Assembly: GCF_000181795.1 (NCBI RefSeq)
Contig: NW_003526943.1
Coordinates: 2,551,666-2,615,665, forward strand
Reading direction: 5' to 3'
DNA from: Trichinella spiralis
Taxonomy: Eukaryota
Length of the DNA stretch: 64,000 nucleotides
Made by a program: the position numbers and the translations under genes. Numbering within the stretch: position 1 is the stretch's first letter; each line of letters opens with the position of its first letter. The notes beneath the pieces were generated by a model that worked only from the letters and a program-made list of their open reading frames with translations, ran no database searches and was not told the origin of the DNA. Shown one piece after another: positions 17,748-30,556 of this stretch.

Positions 17748-19570
17748 TTACATATGCAAATGACAAAAAACTCTGCGACATTCTGAAACAGAAATTGGAA
17801 ATGAACAATTCGCCTTCTTCGCTGCCAATCTGCAAGCACCAATAGCAGGCGAAACCGTTAATTCATACAATACGATCTCTTTTATAACTGGATCTTTATC
17901 ATGCCTTTGCATCAAGCCATTCAGAAATCCTTCAATAAATTCAAAACAAATCATCATTTTATGTTTATTAAAATAAATTTTTAACTTAAAATTACCCTCT
18001 TTCATTAATAAAGAAAATCAACTAAATTTGGGATAAAAAATTTGAAACTTATTTACCGTAACAAAAAAAATTTAATATACATTTTACATAAATTAACAAT
18101 GAATTTCGAGTGTTACAAGTTAATTTGAAAAACTACCTTTAATTATCATTGAAAAAGTAATTTAAAAATACCTTTCTTAAGTAAATCGAAACTTTTCCAA
18201 ACTGAACCCATAATTAGAACTTCCAATTTTGGAGAATTTTCTAGATGCATTGCTGAAACAATTGCCAGTATATGAGCACCGAGAATTTTACCAGCTTCCG
18301 CAAATATTTCTAATATTAACTCATCCCCGTTTTCTGATGAAGCTAAAAAATTGCATATTACAAAACCCGCTTTTGAATAATGCTTCTTTCTTCTTTCTTT
18401 ACCTTCAGCAAGAAATTCGCAAAATGATGCTATTTTAGCTTTGGAAAAATTATCGTATAACAATTCAAAAATCTGCTCTTTTCGCGATAACTGGAAATGA
18501 TGGAGAAGTTTCGCCTTTATACGACTAGCATCATGAGATGATATTTCCAAACCCTCTTCAATAGCAAATACTTTGCGAATGGCTTTTGTGCTTATCCAAT
18601 ATGCTAAAAGATTTGTGTGATATCTTTTTACTAATGCATTTTCTATTAAATATACGCTAATAAATATAAATCTAATATGAATATAAAATACATAGCGGCT
18701 GCATAAGCAAATTTAAATAACATATTTATTTAATGTATTTACGTAGCATAATCGCAAAACTTCAATTAACATATGACAAGGAAACAAAACACTCATGATT
18801 ACGTTATAATTTATGATGTGAAAGGAAATATACCTGATCCATCATCACCGATTAAATGTCCCCATCCTCCACAACCCAAAAGGCGACCTGTGATATCAAT
18901 GGCACGACAACTCGATCCAGTACCAGATATCAAAACAATGCCATCTATAGAGGGAAGAAAAAAAATAAAATAATCACACACAGAACAATGTACTTTTATA
19001 TCTTAATGCAAATGAAACTTAACCTCTATATATGATATAGCCGTTTATATGCTTATAACTTAATTAAAAGCAGCAAATAATGCTCTAGTTTCTATTCGCT
19101 TACTTTCATCAAACGCAGTAAGAAGAGCACTATGAGAATCACTAATTATGACCACACTTTCAGTTATCGCGGGATAAGCTACAGAAAATTCGGCGACGAA
19201 TTTTTCATTTCTTTCTTGATCTTCGGCTCCACTCATCGCCAGTGCCTATTAATTTCAGAAATAGCAATATATATGAAGCAAATTATTTTTAATACCAAAA
19301 TTGATAATTTTGTATTTTTTGGTAAATCAGCAATTTTCAATGCGCTGTATATCAAATCAACGACAACCTCAAAAACCAGAATAGATGAACATAGCTGAAA
19401 ATAATTTTAAAGATTTTAAAGAATCAATGTTACAAATAAAAATACCAAACGCTTACGTAAATGTTCGTACCGGCACCAGTACAATGTGCTAGAATAGTTC
19501 CTTTTTCATTCATTAGTATAAGCGTTGTCTTTGTGGCTCCCCCATCCACTCCAGCGTAATAGATAGACAT
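17748..19570 (-). CDS. NAGK: N-acetyl-D-glucosamine kinase (BadF/BadG/BcrA/BcrD ATPase family)
   Basis: Exon 1 [15 protein letters not shown]...GAGTN, then [29 protein letters not shown]...[44 protein letters not shown] and a final exon [12 protein letters not shown] ending at 17748. Confidence 0.9.
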
Positions 19571-20066
19571 TGTAAAAACAAGTTCTAATTCTAATCGTCT
19601 GCGATGTCCATGCTTAATATATTTGACAAAATTTTTTATCTAAAAATTTGTTTCAAAAATTGTTAAATTTAGAAGCTATGGCAATTATATTTACAACATT
19701 CTAAAATTTTAAAACATATTGATAAAAGATTTTAACTTGCATTTCGTTAGCATTGCATTTCATGCAAATAAATTTTTACCTACTGAAATGCATCATTAAT
19801 TCTACGGAACAGTATTTTCAGTCGAAATTTTTATTAAAAAAACGATACAAAAACATACTTTAAAAATACTGATTATCAATGCAAATAAATTTTAAAAATA
19901 TACTGTTTAAATAAAACAGTCTTTACACCTTTAAGTATTTTCAAAATAATTATTTACTTCAAAATTACTGTAATCGATTTGGTAACAAAATTTTGTAAGC
20001 AAATCAAGGTGAAATCATACGGTACTTATGCTAAAATTTTACACTAAAATTTACATATAATAAACC

Positions 20067-20465
20067 ATGGCCGGTGTTCCTCCTTTTGATGTACCTAGCT
20101 TTAACTTCTATGTGGAATCTGTTAAAATACTGCCGAAGAACTTTGTTCATGGAACATATAATATTCAATCTGAAACAGAAGAAAGTACTCGCTCTTCACA
20201 ACTGTATGAAGTTGAGTTTCCGGTGGGAATGTATAATCCTAAACAACCATTTGAAGTCGAGCGGTTTGAAATCAGAGATGGATCAGGTGAAGATGTTGAA
20301 GAAATAGCTGTAGTTCAACAACACGAAGACGATTTCGACGACCGCACTCCAGCAGAAGAGTATACATCTTCAGTTGCATCATATTCAAATGCATCTCCTA
20401 ATGATGAAGAAGAAGAAGAAGATGATGTTGCATCATCCGTAGAAGCTAATTATTATTTTGAATGA
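20067..20465 (+). CDS. Hypothetical acidic protein, single exon, 132 aa
   Basis: Clean ORF in very AT-rich surroundings, with good start context (aaaccATGG), coding-like composition and a D/E/S-rich C-terminal half. No family recognised. Confidence 0.6.
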   Translation: MAGVPPFDVPSFNFYVESVKILPKNFVHGTYNIQSETEESTRSSQLYEVEFPVGMYNPKQPFEVERFEIRDGSGEDVEEIAVVQQHEDDFDDRTPAEEYTSSVASYSNASPNDEEEEEDDVASSVEANYYFE

Positions 20466-22053
20466 ATACTACTATTTTGCTCATATATGTATGAAAGTAT
20501 ATTGATCCCTTTATATTACTGTATTACGTTGTTATATACATATTATACTCTCGTAGATTTGTCTTAATCTGATTAATAGAATAACTTGCATTTCAGATTT
20601 CATTTATTAAAACTTATTTTAGTATTTCTGTTACTTCTATGCTGTTATTTTTATGAAATGCAGGGCATGTATATTATCAATTTGGATTTGAATGCAAAAA
20701 GTCTATTATTTTCAATATTTGACAAAATTCCCTTTGTATAGTCGTGCGTCGAAAGTTAAATTTTCAAAGTAGGCTACATAGAAATCTCGAACCAGTACAC
20801 TTAAAATTTTAATGCATTGTTATATTAATGTATTAATATATTACTATAAAAATATTTGATGCTTAAGTGAAATTAGTGTTTGTTACCTTCCAAGCAAAAC
20901 TTTTTCAAATGTAAACATTACAGTATGCCAAAGAAAATGTAGTTACTAAGGAAAACTGTTGCTTTAGTTTTTTCAGGTTAAATATTAATGTAAAAGATTA
21001 TATGTTAAAAATTCACTAAAATATTTAAAATCTTTGCTATTTATTATGGCATAACGACTGTTCTTTCTTCAAAATAATTTCACCATTTTAATGAATATGT
21101 TTTTATTTAATATTATCATACAATAAAATTTTATTTTTAGAGTGGAATAACACTATTTTATTTAAATGATATGTATCATAAACTTTAAATGATTCATTTT
21201 GCGACACTGACTTCATCATCATTTTGTGCTACAGTATATAGATTCCGCCTCTTGACTTTATTTGGAAATATATTACTGAGATAAGCATATTTTTACATTT
21301 AATTTTGTGACTTGTATACATTTTTTATATCTTTTTGTATCATTTTTTCTCCATTTGTATTTAAAATATTTTGACCTTTCATGCTGTTGTACTTGGTATT
21401 TTCAGCTAACTTCAGCACATGACCTACGGTGAAACTAATATTGCTTGATCTTCATTGGTAAGTTTTATTTTATTAAATTGAAATATGTGCTGTATACTCA
21501 GATTAAAATGCGTAGTTGATGAACGTTCCCTGTTTTTTTTAATGTTAAGTTATTTTATGAAATCTTTTGATTATTTTTTCACACATTCTTTATTGTTTAA
21601 TTGAAAAATGTTTATAGTTATATATTTTAACTTAGATTTCTTCAGCTCTGCATTTTTATTATGTGTCGGGGCTTATATAACTTTGAACGACTTTTCATTT
21701 ACTTTTCCATTTGGTCGAACATTTCAACAACCACTTCATTGTCAGAATTAACGCGAAGCATGCATGTGAAGGACACTGTTTTCTACCGCATTTTTACAGA
21801 AACATATCACTTTTAGCATGCTAATTTTCAGTTTTATTTCTTGTATAAAGTGATAAACCCAATTAAAGGATTATTAAGGAATTAACAGTTCACGTTAGTT
21901 TCAGTATAACAATACTGTGCATATATATTCGATTAAAAAATACACAGTAATTTTACTTTTAAGCGCATTCTTTTTTTTAGTATACATTTAATTTCTGCCA
22001 AAGAGTTTAATCTGAAAAGATAATTTAATGGTGCTTAAAACTGACTTGCTAAA

Positions 22054-25000
22054 ATGGAGCGATATGGTGAAAATCATCCTTCAGGTACTTTTTGTAAAAT
22101 CTTTTAAACATTAATATAGTCATTAAGTAATTTTTTAAGTAAGTCGATCAGCAGATACTGCTAGTAGCACTCACATACCATTATATGGCAGTGCCAGTGC
22201 TTTTGCAGCGTTGCCCTCAAGATTTCACCCTCCAGCACTGCAGGCCACACAAACTAATTTGATTCAAACTGGAATGTTTGCAAGTTCGCCAATGGCACAC
22301 GGCTTGGATGTATTGTCTCCTCGCATTCCATTTTTGGCGAATCGAGAGATACGCTTTAATTTTTACCAGTCTCACTCGTCAGCGTAAGTATTTTCTGTTT
22401 CCTTGATTTTTTAAAAATTACACCTATAAATCAGCCCTATTTGCAATTGTCTTGTTTTGTTGTTATATGACGGTTGTTTTTAAAAAGTGAATTTTCAGCT
22501 GCGGCATTCACTTTATTATACTGCCAGATTGATTTTTTAAATTTATATTGTTGACACTGCAGCATTTATTTTAGTTTTAATAGTTAAACTTTTGAATTAT
22601 TATTTATATGTTTGACTTCCAAAAGTTCTTGCGGTTATTTTTTTCTCAATGTAGAATAGTTTGTTTTCACGTTTTACATTTTTGTTTTTTGTTTGTCTGA
22701 TCGTTTTACATTTTTGTTTTCTTCACATTTTTCGTATTGTAAAACATGGCATTATTAATATAAAAATGAATAATAGGTATTTTTGGTTATAATGATTTAA
22801 ACCATTGGGCATTTTACCGGAAAAAGTTATTATAAACATGTAATGGTTATTCATTTGTGTGTTTATACATGCGTTTTTGAATCGAAATGAACAATAGCTA
22901 GCTTTTTATATATTTACGTTTTTCATATTAATAATTTCTCATTAAATGAGAATGATTAAATATTTGCTAAAGTAATGTGATTATAATGTAAATTTTTGAG
23001 CTTATTTAAGTGTAATGAATGGGCTTGATAGTTGGCAAATGTCGTTCTTTTGCGCCATATGCTTTTACTGTAGTAATTAGGTAATCAGTTTTATAGTAAA
23101 TTTTTATTTCATTCTAAGTTTATGTAGTATTTCTGTTTAATTTTAAGTTAAAAACAGTATTATGGGAAATGAAGAATTTTACATTTTGCAGTTGAATTGT
23201 TTTGACATTCTTTAAATAATTTTTTATAAGATGGCTATTTTAATGCTGCAGTTATTGCTTAAAAGTTTGATTTTTTCTTATTTTGCTTTTATTTTTATAA
23301 AAGTTTTTGAACTATTCTGAAACTTCATAAGGATATATAATCTTATGTTATACAGTACTATTATTTTATTTTTAAAGATGATCAGGTTATGGTACTGTGG
23401 TTGGAGCTGAAATGTTGTTTGTTGCGGGAAACTGTGTTCTGTTGCTGTACTGTCTTGCATTTTATTAGCAGTGATTTTGTTTTTACATTTTATTTGCTCA
23501 CTTAATTTTTAGTGAACATTTATTTATAATTATTTTTAAATGTTTTGTGTTTCGGCTGTTTTTTGTTTATTTAAATTTTTAATTAATGATTTGCGAGCAA
23601 TGAATTGGGATTTGTGTAGCAAATGTTATAATATTTTTATTATTTTATTTACTTTTTTATTTTTATCATCACATATGCATTGTTTTATTTATTTCATTTA
23701 TTGCAGGATGGGTGGAAGTATTACCGCTGGAACTCCAAATTTAGCACCTTCAGCGTTTCTTGGTAGCTCACATGCGCAGTTAGGTGGTCCTTCACATAGT
23801 TCCAGCGTGCCAACCGATGCAATGGGTTTCTTGGAACGAGTGAAAGAGCAGTACATTAATAAACCTGATGTATATAATGAATTTTTGGAAACTATGAAAG
23901 AATTCAAGGAACAAAGGTAAAATCTGAACTTTAAGTGAAAAGTATTATCGTAAAAATTTTTTAGGCTGGACACTGCTGCAGTACTTAAACGAGTTGCAGT
24001 TTTGTTTCATGGTATGCCTCATCTGATACTCGGTTTTAATACGTTTCTTCCACCTGGCTATCGTGTCGACGTTCATGGCGATCGCGCAGAGGAAATTATA
24101 CTGTACACTCCGTCTGGACATGTGCTCTCATTCAGTGAGGTAGATAAAGTTTTTTCAATTTTTTATACTGTAAATAACGTGTGATTATTTTCCTCATTGC
24201 AGTCGGACTTACTAACTGAAAGAAGAGATCCGGGCACTGCCTGTCTCCCTTGTGTATCTATTAAGCAACATTCCATTTTGGATCAGTCTAATCCGGTGCT
24301 GGGAGAATTTTCTTTCGCCCTAAATTATGTCAATAAAATAAAGGTATGCCCAAATAGTGATGTTGCAAATTTTGTTTTTCTTGTACTTATATTTATGTGC
24401 ATATTCATAGTTATTAATTTATTCAAGTGTTAAGAGTTTTGTAAATATAAATCTGTTCTATGAATTTTTGTTTTTTTTTTGTTAGACGCGCTTCAGCGAT
24501 CGTCCAGAAGTGTATGACGCATTTTTGAAAGTTCTCAAAGAATACCAAAAAGATAATGCAGCATTACTTAGAACAAATGCTTCTTTGGCTGAGAAATCTG
24601 CTTTGGATACGAGAATTTTTACTGAAGTTTCTAATCTATTTGCCAAGGATCAAGATCTCCTTGATGAGTTCGTCCAGTTTTTGCCAGACGCTTCATCAAT
24701 GGAAGTTCCACATCAGCCGGGTGTGCGTATGGGCCCATCTTTGTCTCCACTATCGAGAAATGACGATTCTCCACAGTTGAGCATGAGAAGGCCGCCTTCC
24801 ACTGAAAACCCTTCGTCATCGTCAAGCAACGAATCACTGGTCGATTCGTCTGATATGCCTCGCCATGAACGTCGGTCCTGTCAACGACGTTATAATCGAA
24901 CAACCAGGCAGAAGAGATCTCCGTCATTTCGCCTAGAATCGAGGGTATCCAAAGTAAGTATTCCAAGTAGATTTAGTTTTGTTTCATTTAAATAATTTCA

Positions 25001-28000
25001 GAAAGAAATGATTCGATTGTCGCTACTTTTGATTTATCAATTAAATAAATAAAACGTATAACTAAGGAGATCCTTGTTTCATAAAAATATTTGTAGCATG
25101 ATGTTCAGATTCAATTTGAATCGCGTTTATCGCACATCGGAATGTTCAGATTGAATCTGAGTCGTATTTATTACACATCATGCTGTTCACTTGTCATGTA
25201 CACTTACACTAACACTAGCAGCACTAATTTCAGATAACTGAATCTTATAACCGCACCTTGTTGGAGTATATTCAGAAAAGATTTTTTCATTTTATGTTGC
25301 GGTTTTTACTATTTCATTGTAATAGTTATGGTTCATTTAACATTTAACTGCGTAATAGCAAGTATTTCAATTTATAAAATTTAGATTATAATAATTAAAA
25401 CATAGTTCATCTGTGTCAGAATTAAAAATTGAATTTTTGAAGAAAAATCAGTTAAATTTCCATATCAAATATATAACATTGCTGCACATTATGACCTAAA
25501 TTATTAATGAGTGATATGCAAGATTGTATTATAACTATTTAAAAAGAGTACCGCACACAATTTTATGTGTTTATTGAAGTAGATTAGAGTTCAAAAGATA
25601 ATTGAAAAAGCACGGAATGACTTTTAGAGGAGAACTCAAGCAGATATGCCTGTGGAGTCAATATGCTATTCGTCTGTGGATCGTCCACTTAGTCCTGCTG
25701 TAAGGGAATATGCCTTTTTCTCAAAGGTGACTTTTTTGAAAATGATAATTATTATTTTTATGTTTGATATATATGTATATTTATTTGTTTGTTTAATTTA
25801 AGTTAAGAGACATTTTATCAACAGACGATTTATATAGTGCTTTTATCTGCGTGTTGAAATTGTATGTTGATGACTATCTCACTGCAAACGCAATCGTAGA
25901 TGTGTTTCAAATGAACCTGTAAGTTACAGTTTCTTTGTTAGATGCTCTGAGACTTTGTGTAACTTATAAATTTCAGGCCTTTATCTAATAAAAATGAACT
26001 GCTTACATCTTGGATTACAGAATTTTTCAACAGTAGCGATGCTGATAGTTCGACTGAAAACGCAGTGGCTGAAATAGACGAAGCGGCCAGACAACGTGCG
26101 GAAACTTACTTGAAGCTGGGTATGCACTTTTATTCGAATATTGTACATTTATTCGTATAAGTCGAATGCTTTTGTAAAACATCTATATAACATTTTATAG
26201 ACTTTAAGACATGCAGACAAGAAGGACCTAGTTACCGTGTTTTACCCCCTGAGTCTGTACCTCCGCGATCTAGCAAACGCAGCCAACTCTCTGCAACAGT
26301 ATGTATAATAGTTTGTGCAGTACTGTTATTTTATTAAGAATAAATTTTTTTATGTTAGAAATATGGCATCTTTTTCAAGAAATTTTATAATTATATTTTA
26401 TTTTCAGGTATTAAATGATGTTTACGTTTCATTTCCACTCTGGCAGTCAGAGGATACTCCATTTGTGGCAATGAAAAAGACTCAGTATGAAGAAATGATG
26501 ATGCGTTTTGATGATGAATTATACGAAGTGGAACTCTTGAACACTTCTTACTCTTTTTCAGATGAACATGTTTTTATTTTAGGCGAACATGATTAACAAC
26601 GTTTATAAATATAGTATAACCGCCGTAGAAGATATTTTGAGTCATCTATGTGAAATGCCAGAAGAGGCTTTCAACAGTTTTTCTCTAAATGACTATTCTG
26701 GCAAGACCATCATTTGGCGCGCTTTAAAGAAGTGGGTTATTTGCATGTACTGAATTTTCAGTATGTTTTGAATTAACTGTTTTCAGCTTGTATGGATCAC
26801 GAACAGAAGAAATGCTGACTTATGTTAATGCTGATCCAATTGCTACTTTGCCTGTTATTTTGATGAGGTAGATTTTTAGTAATATTTGGGATTAACAGTA
26901 TATATGGAATAAGCTAGATGTATTTCATATATAGACTTAAAGAAAAATCTATAGAAGCAAGGGCTCAAGCGCAGACTTGCGATTTACTGTATAGAAGAGA
27001 TTGTGAAAAAATTTATTGGCGTTCACTTGATCACGTCGGGCAACAGTTTAAGCTTGCTGATTCGAAAGCGATACGAACGAGAGCTTTGGTCACCGAAATA
27101 GACAGTATTTACGATGCGGTAAATTTTTGCACTTGTTTAACAGATTACGTTTCATCCATAATTTATTTTTTTACTATTTGCCCATAATTTTTAGGTGGAC
27201 AGTGAAGCAGAATCTCGAGGAGTGCGACCAACAGCACGACCACATATACAGTTAACTCTTCCAGATAATCATGAAATTCTCTTCGATGATGCAAAGGATT
27301 TACTGTTGTACTGCATGAAGAAACAGAGTGGTATAAAAAATAACTATTGATCGTAGAATAATTGAAAATTAAAGTACTTTCTTAGGATTAGCATCTGCAA
27401 CGCGCAGGAAGATTAAATGTGTTCTGACGATAACTATTTCAACTTTGCTCGGTTTAGAGTGCGAGGATCCATTTTTGTCAGATGAGGAATCTTCATCAGA
27501 AGATGAAGACAATGGTTATTTAATTTTTTTTATTTCACATACTTTATAATGAGGCATCCTTTTAGAAGAAGAAGATTCTAGTGAAGATGAGGAGGATGAA
27601 CAAGAAGATGAATTGGGAGATTCTGATGATGAGGAAGAAGATGAAAAAGAAGACGACGAAGAGGATGAGGATGATGATGACATTAATGATTCTAATGAAG
27701 AGGAGGAGGATGAGGAGAATATTGATGGTATGGAAGTCACTGAAGGAAGCACTGTTTGTGAGGATGAAGATGACAATACTGATGATGGGGAAGAAAGAGA
27801 AGATGAAGATGACGATGAAGAAACAGAATTTGCAGAAGAAGAAACAGAAGAAGTAGAAGATGAAGAAGAGGAGGATGGAGAAGAAGTAGATGATGATGAT
27901 GATAATGATGAAGAAGAAGAAGAAGATGATGATGATGATGAAGATGACGATGCTGATGATGAAGAAGAAACAGAAATAGAAGAGGGAGAAATAGTTGAAG

Positions 28001-30037
28001 AAGTAAAAGTAGATGAAGATGATGAAGAGGAAGAAGAAGAAGAAGAAGAAGAAGATGTTGATGAAGAAGAAAACGAAGAAGAAGAAGAAGAAGAAGAAAC
28101 AGAAGAATGTGATGAATCTGAGGATGATGATGAAGAAGAAGAAGAAGAAGAGCTTGAAAATGATGTTGGTTTAAATTCTGGAAATATAAGGGATATGATT
28201 GTTGATACAGAAGATGAAGTGATCAACGAAGAAGAGGTTTCAGACGAAGGTTCTGATGAAGATGCTTCAAAACCCCTTCCCACTTTGCATCACATTATGG
28301 TAAAGAATTTGTATTTCATGTTATTTTTCTTATTAATGAAAGTACATTTAGCCTGAAAATCATACGATCATCATGCCGCAAATGTGGTTTGTATATTTCC
28401 GATTGCATCATATATTGTGCGGCCGTCTAGCTTACTTTAGAAAATGTGCCGTTGATCTCGTCGAAAAACATGATAAAATAGAATGGGAGTGCATTTTTCG
28501 TACCAAAAAATTGCAGTCATTTTTTTCAGGTTAAATGCATTACTGACTTATGCTTTTTTAGCATCTGGCAGAGTTTGTTCTTTTTCAGAAACTCCCATTT
28601 ATCCAGATGAATTGTATTTTATGCTGTTAGATTTGTTGAAGATGCTATTTAACAATGAAATAGACAATGGACAGTTTGAAGAAAATATTCGAGAAATTTT
28701 TACTATTTACGCCTACAAATCCTATACGTTAGATAAAATTATTTTGATCATGATTAGACAGGTGAATAATTTGAGCATAGAATTATAAGTATTGCTTTAA
28801 AATACGTTTAATATATTTTTTAGATGCAGTTAATGGTCATCGATTCGCAGTCTATTGAAGCATTGCATCTTTGTGAAAAATGGTTTGAGCATGCCGGTGA
28901 TAATTTATCATTGGAGAGTCGATTGAAATTAGACGACGGATATTATAAAGAAGCAAGAGAATTGTTTGAAAATCAAACTTGTTATAAAATAAGTTTTGTG
29001 AGTATTTTGCATCTGTTTGAGTGTATTTTAGTTTAATTCCTTCATTAAATTTGTAGAATTATAATGAGAGAACAATTAATTTTCAACTGCTGGAATTTTA
29101 TGAAGATGACGACTTTGTGGGCTATGCCAGAAAAGCCATGCCATTTTCTCCCATTGTAGAAGCTTATTTTCGAGTTCATCCTCCTGACGATCTAATAGAT
29201 TGGAAATCCGCTGTTGAATTTTTTAGTTATCGGCGATGGGCAAGTATTAGGTAGTGGAAAATTTATCAAGGAAATTTGTTTTCAATTTTTATGTTCTGTT
29301 TTACGTCTTGTCTTTTACTTAAGGCATATGTTGAAAAATAGAGACCAATCTTTGTCAGAGTTATTAAATTCAAAAGAATCCTACTCTGAAAAATTCTGCA
29401 TTGCAAATAATTTATCAGCGTCAGATAACGTTGAAGTTAAAAAAGAGAATATGGATGAAAATTCTGTCGAATCAACTTCAGGAGAAATATTTGTCAATAA
29501 TGAACTCTCCAGCTTTTTGAAACTAATGCCTGACGCTGGTGGGAAACATTCAATAATAATAGAAAATGTCTGTACAGAAAATTCAGATTCATGGTGGTCA
29601 AATATTTTCTTTACGGTCAAACCAAGCTTTACACTTGCAGAAAGAAACAAGGTAATTTGCAATTGTTTCGTTTTTATTTTTGAAAGAAATTACAATTTGC
29701 ATTTTTATAGTTCAATAAAGGGCTGTATGGTGTAGCATCAGAATTGTACTGTGCGCATCGTACGTGGCTGAATTTACGTGGCATCGAAATTTTAAGTTAT
29801 TCTGGTGATGATCCTTTGGATTTGATTATGAATTTTCCAAGATCAAGAAGAAATCATTCGCGTCGACTAAAAGGGGTGCTAGTTATGAAAGAGACGTACA
29901 GTGCTGTATCGCCTATAACAAAAACTGTTGTACATCTACCATTTCCACTTCCTTTATGGGACGCGAAAAGTAAAGAAGATATGTTCCCTTTCAAATGGTC
30001 ATCTGAAAAAGAGGATGATGATTTTTGTTCTTCATAG
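22054..30037 (+). CDS. SIN3: Paired amphipathic helix corepressor SIN3 (multi-exon)
   Basis: PAH1 ([31 protein letters not shown]...[20 protein letters not shown]), PAH2 ([27 protein letters not shown]...[11 protein letters not shown]), HID ([22 protein letters not shown]...[23 protein letters not shown]) and Sin3 C-terminal motifs ([36 protein letters not shown]). The start at 22054 is inferred from the splice pattern. Confidence 0.92.
25093..25186. repeat. 41-bp tandem duplication with nested inverted repeats in a SIN3 intron
   Basis: Units start at 25101 and 25142 (atgttcagattcaatttgaatcg.. / atgttcagattgaatctgagtcg..). agcatgatgt (25095-25104) is the exact reverse complement of acatcatgct (25175-25184). 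Confidence 0.7.
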
Positions 30038-30556
30038 TATTTTTGTGTTGCTGTAACATTTTACCAAGCTCAGGACTTAAAGAGGTGGAATAATACTTTG
30101 CTAGACAGAGATGCATATTCCACAGTAAAGTTCCTTGAAGCTTAAATTTCAAGAAATTTTCAAGTGCTGTTTTGTGATAATGTAGTACGCATGTACAGTG
30201 GATGTTTTAATTTTATTTTAATAAACATTTTGAACTTTCAATACTTGCAACTGATGGATGCTTATACAATGTAAATGTAATGTAATCCAATGTAAACGAA
30301 GACTTTGTTTTATTGTCCACTTTTTTAATTTAAAAAATCATTAATTAACAAAAACTCAATTAATTAATTCATACATAAATTGCTAATTAACTGCATGTTG
30401 TTTGAACGGTTTTAATGATGTTTTTAAACAAAATATTGTATAAAAATCGTTTTAAGTAAATTTCCAAAATTATTTATTTTCATAATACGATCGAAAACAA
30501 ACAACAGTTAGTTGATAAGCTTGTATTTATTTCCAGAATACTACTATTGTTTATTT

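Noticed and set aside
27516..28283. 255-aa poly-Ser ORF on the minus strand
   Set aside because: Antisense shadow of the GAA/GAT-rich SIN3 exon.
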